Positions 27,801-36,439 of a DNA stretch of 64,000 nt are shown here, in pieces (within the stretch, counting starts at the first letter, position 1; each line of letters begins with the position of its first letter). Where the stretch lies: NCBI GenBank assembly GCA_041690135.1, contig JAWLHY010000010.1, positions 128,001 to 192,000 on the forward strand. The letters run 5' to 3'. Source of the stretch: Armatimonadota bacterium (GTDB taxonomy: Bacteria > Armatimonadota > SYMT01). Under the pieces are notes generated by a model. It was not told the origin of the DNA. It did not search any database and saw only the letters and a list, made by a program, of their open reading frames with translations. A program made the position numbers and the translations under genes.

Positions 27801-29090
27801 CTACTCCGCGGCGGGCATCAGTTCGCGCACTGGTTCCGGATCGTCGAGCACCTGCATTGGCCGCTGCTCGCGGTCCGGGATCGTCGTGTAGGGATCGATT
27901 CCCAGGTGGCGGTATAGGCAGGCAATTACGTTGGCGGGCGTGTAAGGCACTCCGGTGGAATGGCCCCCTTCCGCATCCGTTTCGCCGATGACCTGACCCA
28001 CCCGGAAGCCGCCCCCGGCCAACACTGCCGCGCCCGCGTCCGGCCAGTGGTCGCGGCCGGCGATGCGGCTGATCCGGGGCGCCCGGCCGAACTCGCCCCA
28101 CATTACCACCGCCACGTCATCTTGGAGGCCCCGGTCGTAGAGATCGGTGATCAGGGCATGGATTCCCTGGTCGAGTTGGGGCAACTGCTCGCGCATGTCA
28201 CGGAAGTTGTGCTCGTGAGTATCCCAGTCCCCAACCTTCAACGTGACTACGGGTATTCCTGCTTCCACCAGGCGGCGGGCCAGCAGGAACCGCTTGCAGA
28301 ACTCCCCATAGCGAGCGACTGTTTGCGTTGACTCCCGGCCCAAATCGAAGGCGGCGCGGGCCTGGGAAGAGAGGACCATCTCCATGGCACGCGTCGTAAA
28401 GGCATCTTGCCCGGCGGCGGCTTCGGTGCCTTCGAAGCTGCGGTGGAGGGCTTCCAGACGTTCGCGCAGCCGACGTCGCGTCAAGAAGCGTTCGCCGGAC
28501 ACGCCCCGTGGCAGGCTCAAATCCGCCAGGGCCTCACCTTCCGGTACAAAGGGACGGTGGGCGGAGCCGGTGTAGGTGGGGTTCTCATGGGTCCCATCCT
28601 CACGGTACATCATGCTCACGTAAGGCGGAAGCCCGTCCGATCGCGGGTGCAAGTAGCTAACGACGGAACCAAAGGCGGGACGCTTGCCGCGATCGGGAAA
28701 CCCTGTGACGATGTAATGCGGCGTGTGGTCGCCCAGGTCGTTGGACCTGATCCCGCGCAAGACAGCCAGCCGGTCCATGATTTGTGCGGTCCGCGGCAGG
28801 TACTCACAAATCCGGATGCCGGGGACATTCGTCGGAATGGGGTTGAACTCGCCCCGAATCTCGGAGGGTGCGTCCGGTTTCATGTCAAAGCTGTCGATGT
28901 GTGACGGACCGCCGCGCAGCCAGATCATAATGACCGCTTTGCCCTTACCGAATCCGGGGGCGGCTTCAGCCCGCAGGCGAAGAAGATCCGCCAGGGAGAG
29001 GCCGGTGAAACCGAGACCGCCGACCCGGAGCAACTCTCTGCGGGTGATCCCATCACACAGTTTCGCCCCGTGCCCCAGAATGCGCAGCAT
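27801..29090 (-). CDS. DUF1501 domain protein
   Basis: CDGITRRELLRVGGLG, GGPSHIDSFDMKPDAP, LLARRLVEAG, WDTH, WGEFGRAP, GRDHW. Confidence 0.92.
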   Translation of the reverse strand: MLRILGHGAKLCDGITRRELLRVGGLGFTGLSLADLLRLRAEAAPGFGKGKAVIMIWLRGGPSHIDSFDMKPDAPSEIRGEFNPIPTNVPGIRICEYLPRTAQIMDRLAVLRGIRSNDLGDHTPHYIVTGFPDRGKRPAFGSVVSYLHPRSDGLPPYVSMMYREDGTHENPTYTGSAHRPFVPEGEALADLSLPRGVSGERFLTRRRLRERLEALHRSFEGTEAAAGQDAFTTRAMEMVLSSQARAAFDLGRESTQTVARYGEFCKRFLLARRLVEAGIPVVTLKVGDWDTHEHNFRDMREQLPQLDQGIHALITDLYDRGLQDDVAVVMWGEFGRAPRISRIAGRDHWPDAGAAVLAGGGFRVGQVIGETDAEGGHSTGVPYTPANVIACLYRHLGIDPYTTIPDREQRPMQVLDDPEPVRELMPAAE

Positions 29091-29188
29091 CGCAACTCCT
29101 GCCTTTCGAGCGAAGTGTAGATCAGTTTGCCTTTCTGTCCTGTGAGTGCGTTGACTGGGTTCAGTTTCAACGGAATTGGAGTGTTCAA

Positions 29189-30673
29189 ATGGGCCTTCGA
29201 AGAGCGGTCCTATCGCTGTGCCTTGCCGCTTCCTTTGCGGCGCTTGCCGCACCTGGAACGGCCTTTCAGGCGAAGGCGGCGCGCAACCTCGATCCTGCTC
29301 AGCAGTCGATGCTGCGCTACCTGGACACGATCACGCCGGAGTTAGTGGCGATGAACCAGGATATCTGGAGCTACGCGGAAGTCGGCCTGGAGGAGAAGCG
29401 TTCTTCGAAGCGGCTCTCGGACGCGCTGGAGAAGGCCGGGTTTCGGGTCCGCCGGGGAGTGAGCGGGATGCCCACGGCCTTTGTGGCGGAGTATGGGTCG
29501 GGCAAACCGGTGATCGGTCTGCTTGCCGAATACGATGCCCTGCCGGAGCTGTCGCAGGAAGCCGTGGGCGAACGGAAGCCGGCGCCGGGGCGGGCGAACG
29601 GGCATGGCTGCGGTCATTCCGCCTTCGGGACGGCGGTGGTCGGCGCAGCCCTGGCGGTGCGCGAGGCCTACGACCGGTCCGGACTGAAGGGTACCATCCG
29701 GGTCTATGGGACTCCGGCCGAAGAGACCCTGATCGGGAAAGTGTACTTGGCCCTGGATGGTCAGTTCAACGACCTGGACGCCTGTCTCCACTGGCACCCG
29801 GCATCGAAGAACAAGGTCAGCTACGGCAGCAGCAAAGCCATGATCTCGGCCAAGTTCAAGTTCGCGGGGCTCCCGGCGCACGCGTCCGGAAGCCCGCACC
29901 AGGGGCGGAGCGCGCTGGACGGGGTCGAGTTGATGAACATTGGCGTGAACTACATGCGGGAGCACGTGAAGGAGAGCAGTCGCATCCATTACGTGATCAC
30001 CAACGGCGGAGGACAGCCGAACGTGGTCCCTCCCACCGCCGAGGTGTGGTACTTCATCCGCGCCAACACCCACGATGACGCGGAAGCGAACTTCGACTGG
30101 ATCCGAGAGATCGCCGAGGCAGCGGCGAAAATGTCGCGGACGAAGGTAACCGTTCAGATCGATACCGACTGCCACGAGGTAATTCCCAACCTGCCGCTCT
30201 CCCGGGTGGTGCAGAAGAACCTGGAGGCCGTCGGCGCGCCAAAGTTCGACGAGGCCGACCGCAAGCTGGCCCTGCAACTCCAGTCCGACCTGCGAAGCCA
30301 GCCGGGTTTCAATGAGAAAAACCCGCTGCATGAGAGCGTGGACAAGCTGCCGGAGAAGCCGACGGGGGCGACCGGTGGAAGCACCGACGTGGGCGACGTG
30401 AGCTGGCTGGTGCCCACCGCCGGGTTCAACGCCGCCTGCTTTGCGGCCGGGAGCCCCGGCCATAGCTGGCAGAACGTGGCCGCCGTCGGCTCCCCCATCG
30501 GTCATAAGGGAATGCTGGTGGCGGCCAAGGTGCTGGCGCTGAGCACGGCCGACCTGCTTCAGGACGCAGCCGTGCTCAAGGCGGCGCGGGCCGATTTCGA
30601 CCGCCAGATGAAGGACCGGAAGTACACGACCCGGATCCCCAAGGGACAGAAGGCGCCGGCAAGTATTCGGTAA
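29189..30673 (+). CDS. M20 amidohydrolase (AbgB-like), signal peptide
   Basis: LAEYDALP, GHGCGH, GTPAEE, HWHP, GRSALD, GSTDVGDVSW, PGHSWQ. Confidence 0.9.
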   Translation: MGLRRAVLSLCLAASFAALAAPGTAFQAKAARNLDPAQQSMLRYLDTITPELVAMNQDIWSYAEVGLEEKRSSKRLSDALEKAGFRVRRGVSGMPTAFVAEYGSGKPVIGLLAEYDALPELSQEAVGERKPAPGRANGHGCGHSAFGTAVVGAALAVREAYDRSGLKGTIRVYGTPAEETLIGKVYLALDGQFNDLDACLHWHPASKNKVSYGSSKAMISAKFKFAGLPAHASGSPHQGRSALDGVELMNIGVNYMREHVKESSRIHYVITNGGGQPNVVPPTAEVWYFIRANTHDDAEANFDWIREIAEAAAKMSRTKVTVQIDTDCHEVIPNLPLSRVVQKNLEAVGAPKFDEADRKLALQLQSDLRSQPGFNEKNPLHESVDKLPEKPTGATGGSTDVGDVSWLVPTAGFNAACFAAGSPGHSWQNVAAVGSPIGHKGMLVAAKVLALSTADLLQDAAVLKAARADFDRQMKDRKYTTRIPKGQKAPASIR

Positions 30674-30744
30674 ACGCTCCGGGTGGGTGAGCGGAGGAAG
30701 CGGAGGAGATTGAGGGGGACCATATCGCGACCCAGTTGCTCTGT

Positions 30745-30826
30745 CGCCCCTCCGGGGCTTGTTCGAGCGGGCACCATAGCCGGGGGTGCAAACCCCCGGC
30801 TATTTTCTCGCCGCCCCTCCGGGGCT
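30745..30826. repeat. REP-like composite palindromic element
   Basis: CGCCCCTCCGGGGCT twice (30745, 30812) flanking the hairpin ATAGCCGGGGG-TGCAAA-CCCCCGGCTAT. Confidence 0.75.
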
Positions 30827-30846
30827 AAAGGCCCGACCTTGACCGA

Positions 30847-33800
30847 TCATTGAACCGCCTTGGCGGCGACAATGGTGAGGTCAGTGAGGACTTCGCTGAT
30901 CACCACCGGATCGACACTGGCCAGGGGGACCCGGTCTTTATGGTCCGGGTACATCTCGGGGCGCCAGATCCCGGGCACGAAGAAACAGCGGGTCACCGTC
31001 TGGTTATCCCAGCCGTCCATGTAACCGACCGGCACGCCCTCTTCATATTCGACCACCGCGGTAACGTTGGCGCCGTAGAACGGCTTGGAGTGGGAGTAGA
31101 AGATCCCCGCATCCTCCGGGATTCCCCGCTGCCACTCGAGCTTCTCCAGGGTGAATACCAGCGACTGGGGCGCAATCTCCAGGTTCGTCCACCGGCAGAG
31201 CTCTTCCGCCACTTTCTCCGCGGGCTCAAGGCTCGAAATCGGACGGCCCAACTGCGCGAACGGCGGCACGATCTCGTAGTCACCCAGGAGCTCGCCCCAC
31301 GCCTGCTTGTCTTCTTCGGAAAGGTGCAGCGGGTGGACGAGGCCCACCTCCGGGTAACCGTCCAGGGAGATCGGTTCGTCCTGCTGGTCCGCGAAAGACT
31401 GCTCTTCGGTCACCCGGAACGTCGCGGCCAGGTTACCGTCGGCGTCGTAGGCGCCCCACACCAGCAGGCGCACAAGGTTGGTCATGAGGGGGTGGCGCAC
31501 CAGCAGGTTCTCGAAATCCTCGCGCGGCCAGCGCCGTCCGGTCACCATCGCCTGCTCCAGGCGCACCACCTGCGTCTTCACCACGTCGCCGACCTGCTTC
31601 TTCAGCAGCTTCCACTCTTCCGTCGCCTGGGCGGCCAGGGCCGGATCATCCTTTGCGTTCGGCTTCGGTAGGTCCGGGCGCACCTTGCCATCGGCCTCCC
31701 GGAGCATCGGCTTCATTCCCGGACCCAGGACGAACCGGAACTGGCGAGGACCGAAGTCGAACGTGCGGGTGCCGCGCTCGTCGAGGTCGCAGGTGGGGAC
31801 GATGCGGTCTTCGAGCTGCGGCCGCGTGAAGCCGCGGTCCTTCGCGATCGCCTCCATGCACTCGCCCGCTTTGGTCTTGAGCCCTTTGAACGGCACCTTC
31901 TGCGCGATGCCGTTGATTAACATCAGCGCCGTATCGCTTCCGATGGCGCGCAAGCATTCCAGACCCAGTACGGCCCGCTGGTGCTGGCTTTCCCCAGGCC
32001 AGGCACGCACCATCGGAGCCAGTTTCAGGGCGGACGCATCCGAACCGAGATGAGCCAGGGCGGTCATCGCCCACTTCTCCTTCGAAACCGCGCCATCCGC
32101 CAGCCAGAGCTCGAACAGGCGCCAGGCGAAACGGTTCAGCGAGCCACGGTCCACGTGTTTCCGAAGGCCCTGGAGAAGCGGGCCCGGTTCTCCCAGCGGA
32201 TCGCGCTGCAGCGCACCAAGCACCTCCTGAACCTGCGCCTGGCTTAGGCAGCGATCACCGATGGCGATTAAAGGAAGGTCGGCGGGGCTCACCCACTGGG
32301 GCGGCGCGGCCTTCTTCTTGCCGGTGGCCGCTGCCAGGGCCTCGCGCAGCCAGGTGGGGGTGGAGGCCTCATCCAACGGATCGAGGGCAGACCCTTCTTC
32401 TTCCAGCAGGCTACGCACCTTCTCCGCCACGTCCGCGGGCGCCTGCTCCAGCGCGGCCTGGATGAGTGCCTTTGCACCCTTCCGACCCAATGCGCGCAGG
32501 TATTCCGCGGCCAACTCGGCCAGCTTTCCCCTTCCGGCCGCCGTGGGAATCAGTCCGACCACGGCATGTTCCGGGTGGGCTTCGAGCCACTGGCGCGCCG
32601 GGCGACCGGCCTTGGATGATACGGTGAGCTCCAGCATGTGGGGAGCCGCCTCCGGCGCCTTGACGGCGGCGAACGCCTCCAGAAGCTGCTCCGCGGCCTC
32701 TTTGTTTTCAGCGGTCGCCACCGCGTCATGGACCACGTCGAGAGCGCCGTATTCCGTATGGGCCAGCCAGGCGCCGACATACTCGGGCAGATGCAGGCGG
32801 AGCTTCAGCCGCCGCATGTGCGACTCGACCAGTCGCGGCTCTCCCAGGCCGAAAAGGATCTCCATGGGGCGGTCGTAGTAGTACGCGTACTGGCCCCCGA
32901 ATTGATCGTCCGGCCATGCCTCCACGACAGCCCGCAATTCCTCGTGCATTCCAGTGATGGCCGCGAAGAAAAAGGCTGCCGGACGTGGCGAAGACCAGAG
33001 GTGGGGCTGGACCTGGGGCCTTACCAGGTCTCGGACTTGCGTCAACTCTGCCTCCGTCAGAAAGGGCAGCACCAGCGTACGGAAGCCCTGGCCGAACGCC
33101 TGACTCCGATTGGACCAGTAGTTGCCCCACCAACTCTGGTTCCGGAACTCCTCGTCGCGGGCCAGAAGCCACTCCAGGACAACCGGAACCGAGAAGAGGT
33201 TGACCAGCGGCACGATCAGGTGCCCGGGCGTGTGCGCCATCTGCTGCTCGACGCGCGTGGTGATCTCCTCCAGGGTGATCTCGCCGGTAAACCCACGCTG
33301 CTTCAGGGCTTGCGCACGCTGGGAGTGGTCCACTTCGCCCGAAGTCGATTCCGGCAGTCCGAGCGCCTTGAGAGCTTTCAGAAACTCCGATCCATCCTTT
33401 GCGCTCCCGCGGCCCCAAACGATGAGGTGCCGGGCAAGGTCTTTGGGAGCGAAATCCTTCGGACGGGCGGACATCGCCAGCGCCCAGAAGTGAGCTTCTT
33501 CTCGGGTGAGTTTCGGAGCAATTCGCGCCTTCTCCCAGGCCCAGGTCCAGCCGTAGTGAGAGGTAGTGACCTTCGAGAGCCTCGCCGCAGCTTCATCGAG
33601 ATCGAAGGGCGGGGCTTCCGGAAGGGAGCGCGGCGTGCGCGGTCGCCAGGTAGCCCACTGCCAGTCCTCCGACTTCAGATCGAGCGACCGCGATACGTGT
33701 GCGCTGCTGGGAGGATTCGTCTTTGGGGCGGTAACTACCGCTTCATCGATCTGCGCCTCACCCTGGCCGGTTTCATCCGCGGAGCTTGTGGGAGCTTGAG

Positions 33801-34113
33801 GCTTTCCCGATACTGTTGACTTGCGTGGGGTGGACGGTGGCGCCACGCGGTTGGTCGGCGCAGGGGTCGCGGACGTGGAGGAAGCCGCCGGAATGGCGGT
33901 AACGCCCTGCTCCACGTAGCCTTTCTTGACCTTCTCGGCGATCAGCTTTTCGGCGGACTTCTGCGCCTCCGCCTCCGAGCCGAACTCCTTGGTCTGCGTC
34001 TGCCCGGTCGTTCCGATTCGCCCGTACTGGACGGTATAGCCGGCGTCCTCGACCGATATCCGCCAGAACTTGTGCGAACTGCCCTCGCTGAATTGGAACT
34101 CTCTCGTCGCCAT
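30847..34113 (-). CDS. WGR domain + DUF4132 (MolR/YehI-like) protein
   Basis: N-terminal SHKFW...YGRIGTTGQ...EKVKKGY. C-terminal LEDRIVP..LDERG..FDFGPRQF, RLEQAM..GRRW, HPL, PFAQLGR. Confidence 0.9.
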   Translation of the reverse strand: MATREFQFSEGSSHKFWRISVEDAGYTVQYGRIGTTGQTQTKEFGSEAEAQKSAEKLIAEKVKKGYVEQGVTAIPAASSTSATPAPTNRVAPPSTPRKSTVSGKPQAPTSSADETGQGEAQIDEAVVTAPKTNPPSSAHVSRSLDLKSEDWQWATWRPRTPRSLPEAPPFDLDEAAARLSKVTTSHYGWTWAWEKARIAPKLTREEAHFWALAMSARPKDFAPKDLARHLIVWGRGSAKDGSEFLKALKALGLPESTSGEVDHSQRAQALKQRGFTGEITLEEITTRVEQQMAHTPGHLIVPLVNLFSVPVVLEWLLARDEEFRNQSWWGNYWSNRSQAFGQGFRTLVLPFLTEAELTQVRDLVRPQVQPHLWSSPRPAAFFFAAITGMHEELRAVVEAWPDDQFGGQYAYYYDRPMEILFGLGEPRLVESHMRRLKLRLHLPEYVGAWLAHTEYGALDVVHDAVATAENKEAAEQLLEAFAAVKAPEAAPHMLELTVSSKAGRPARQWLEAHPEHAVVGLIPTAAGRGKLAELAAEYLRALGRKGAKALIQAALEQAPADVAEKVRSLLEEEGSALDPLDEASTPTWLREALAAATGKKKAAPPQWVSPADLPLIAIGDRCLSQAQVQEVLGALQRDPLGEPGPLLQGLRKHVDRGSLNRFAWRLFELWLADGAVSKEKWAMTALAHLGSDASALKLAPMVRAWPGESQHQRAVLGLECLRAIGSDTALMLINGIAQKVPFKGLKTKAGECMEAIAKDRGFTRPQLEDRIVPTCDLDERGTRTFDFGPRQFRFVLGPGMKPMLREADGKVRPDLPKPNAKDDPALAAQATEEWKLLKKQVGDVVKTQVVRLEQAMVTGRRWPREDFENLLVRHPLMTNLVRLLVWGAYDADGNLAATFRVTEEQSFADQQDEPISLDGYPEVGLVHPLHLSEEDKQAWGELLGDYEIVPPFAQLGRPISSLEPAEKVAEELCRWTNLEIAPQSLVFTLEKLEWQRGIPEDAGIFYSHSKPFYGANVTAVVEYEEGVPVGYMDGWDNQTVTRCFFVPGIWRPEMYPDHKDRVPLASVDPVVISEVLTDLTIVAAKAVQ

Positions 34114-34321
34114 TCACCTACCCCCGGCCGCATCATTGCAACACTCGTAACCTGTTTCCTGCCGGGACCGCCTGGTCCTCCCTCCCGCCGTGGAGGCGAA
34201 CTCAAGGGTGAGGGCGCCGGGCTCATAAATCCCTGTAGGTCTGCCAAGCACCCGCCTATAATCTGTTTACCTGTGGCAAGGTCTGGCATTTGGAAGCCGT
34301 GGCATAGTGTGTGAGGCCAAG

Positions 34322-36430
34322 ATGATTTCGAACGAACGCGAGAACCGCATCGGACCTTGCAGTTCAACCCATCTGGATAACACCACCGACCTGCGCTCGT
34401 TGCTGGCACACGCGCGGTGCCTCTTGTGGCGAGCCGTCGTCGAGGCCCCTCCTCCAGGCGAGGAGGGTTTCCGCTGGACCTTTTCGTTTTTCGACGAAGA
34501 AACCGCGCAGCGCTTCCTGCCGCTGGAACTGCTGCCCGGCGAAACGTATGCGAAAGCCTTCTACCGGCACAAGCCGGAAGCAGATCGCCAACTGGCCGAT
34601 CGCATTGCGGGGGAGGCCCTGCGGAATGGACTGCCGGCGTACCAGCACGATACCCGTTGCCGGCGAAGAGATGGGGAGATCCGCTGGCTCCACGAGGAAG
34701 TGCAACTCGAGGCCATCTCACCGGGACGCTGGCAGGCGATTGGCACGTGCACCGATATCACCGATCGCCGGCTTGCCGAGGAAGCGCTGCGGGAAAGCGA
34801 GGCCCGTTACCGAGCGTCCTTCGAACACACCAAAGTGGCTGTGGTCCATACGGATCTGGAGCACCGCTTCGTGCGGACGAATGCCGCCTTTGCCCAGATG
34901 TTCGGCTATTCGGAAGAAGAGATTCTCCAACTCTCGATGCCGGACATCACCCATCCCAATCACCTGGGCGAGAGCATCCAACAACGGATGCCCCTGCTCG
35001 CCGGAGAGAGCGACTTTTTCCAGATGGAGAAGCGCTACCTTCATCGGGACGGACATGTACTCTGGGGACTTACCAACGTCGCACTGGTGCGGGACTCTTA
35101 CGGCCGTCCATCTTTCTATTTGGGACAGGTACAGGACATTACCGCGCGGAAGCAGGCCGAAGAACGTGCCCTGGGCCTGGCGAATGGCTTGCGCGAGGTG
35201 CTATCCGCCGTGGATCTCCTCCTGGCGTGCGAGACCCTGGACCAACTTTTGAAAAGGGGAGTCGAAACGGCTCGCGAGCGACTGGGGCTGGAGCGCTGCT
35301 CCATCTTCCTGGTAGATAGATCCGGGCAACAGGTCGTAGGTTCCTACGGCACGGACGGCGAGGGTCGGACGACGGATGAACGCACGGTTTGTGGGGAGAT
35401 CAATGCGGAGTGGGAGCGCTACCTCCAGGGAGATGCGACCACCGGAGCCCGGTGGTCGCTCATTGCAGACCATCCGCTGAACTATTGGGACCAGGGTGAG
35501 TGTCGCTATCTGGGAAAGAATAGTTGGAGCGCCGCAACTCCCATCCAGGGCCCGGCCGGGCCCATCGGTGTCCTTTTCAACGACTCGGCGCTGACGGGAG
35601 CCCCGCTGGACCGGACGCAACAGGAGGTGGTGGTTGTCTACGCAAGATTGCTCGGCAGCCTGATCCAGAACCAGCTTGCGGAAGAGAGGCTGCGCGCCAA
35701 AGACCGTGAAGTCCGGGCCATGACCGAGCAACTCTGGCAGGCGGCGAAACTGGCCACGATGGGCGAGCTGGCGGCGAGCATCGCGCACGAATTGAACAAC
35801 CCGCTGGGCATTATGAGCCTGCGATTGGAAGAACTGCTGATGGATGTCGCCGATGGGCCGCAAGCGGATTCGCTGCGGGTAGTTGAGGGTGAAATCCAGC
35901 GCATGGCGGGTCTCGTTTCCAACCTCTTGCAGTTCAGCCGGCGGAACAGGCAGCACATCTCCACGGTGGATCTTTCGGTCGAGGTCGAAAACGCGTTGGA
36001 GCTGGTGAGTTACCTCTTCCCCAAGCACAACATCCAGGTGTCCCGCGAGTACTCGCCGAACGTCCCCCCGGTCCTAGCGGACCGGCAGCAGATCCGTCAA
36101 CTTCTGCTGAACCTGATTGTGAATGCGATCGACGCCATGGCCGGGGGAGGCACGCTTACCGTAAGGGTGACCTCGAATGGGTGGGCCACGGTCGAGATCA
36201 TCGATACCGGGACGGGCATCCCCGCGGAGCTGCTGGAACGGGTTACGGAGCCGTTTTTTACGACCAAGGCGGAGGGCAAAGGCACCGGACTGGGTCTGAG
36301 CATCTGCCAGCGGATCGTGCAGGACCACCACGGCCGGATGGAGGTTGAGAGCCAGCCGGGTCGTGGCACCACCATTCGCGTGCGACTGGTGAAAGTCAAC
36401 CGCACCACCGCATCATACCTTGCAGATTAG
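34322..36430 (+). CDS. Cytoplasmic PAS/PAS/GAF sensor histidine kinase
   Basis: PAS/PAC motifs (DITD, DITHP), H-box AHELNNPL, NLIVNAIDA, DTGTGI, PFFTTK, GTGLGL. Confidence 0.92.
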   Translation: MISNERENRIGPCSSTHLDNTTDLRSLLAHARCLLWRAVVEAPPPGEEGFRWTFSFFDEETAQRFLPLELLPGETYAKAFYRHKPEADRQLADRIAGEALRNGLPAYQHDTRCRRRDGEIRWLHEEVQLEAISPGRWQAIGTCTDITDRRLAEEALRESEARYRASFEHTKVAVVHTDLEHRFVRTNAAFAQMFGYSEEEILQLSMPDITHPNHLGESIQQRMPLLAGESDFFQMEKRYLHRDGHVLWGLTNVALVRDSYGRPSFYLGQVQDITARKQAEERALGLANGLREVLSAVDLLLACETLDQLLKRGVETARERLGLERCSIFLVDRSGQQVVGSYGTDGEGRTTDERTVCGEINAEWERYLQGDATTGARWSLIADHPLNYWDQGECRYLGKNSWSAATPIQGPAGPIGVLFNDSALTGAPLDRTQQEVVVVYARLLGSLIQNQLAEERLRAKDREVRAMTEQLWQAAKLATMGELAASIAHELNNPLGIMSLRLEELLMDVADGPQADSLRVVEGEIQRMAGLVSNLLQFSRRNRQHISTVDLSVEVENALELVSYLFPKHNIQVSREYSPNVPPVLADRQQIRQLLLNLIVNAIDAMAGGGTLTVRVTSNGWATVEIIDTGTGIPAELLERVTEPFFTTKAEGKGTGLGLSICQRIVQDHHGRMEVESQPGRGTTIRVRLVKVNRTTASYLAD

Positions 36431-36439
36431 GAGGCCATC

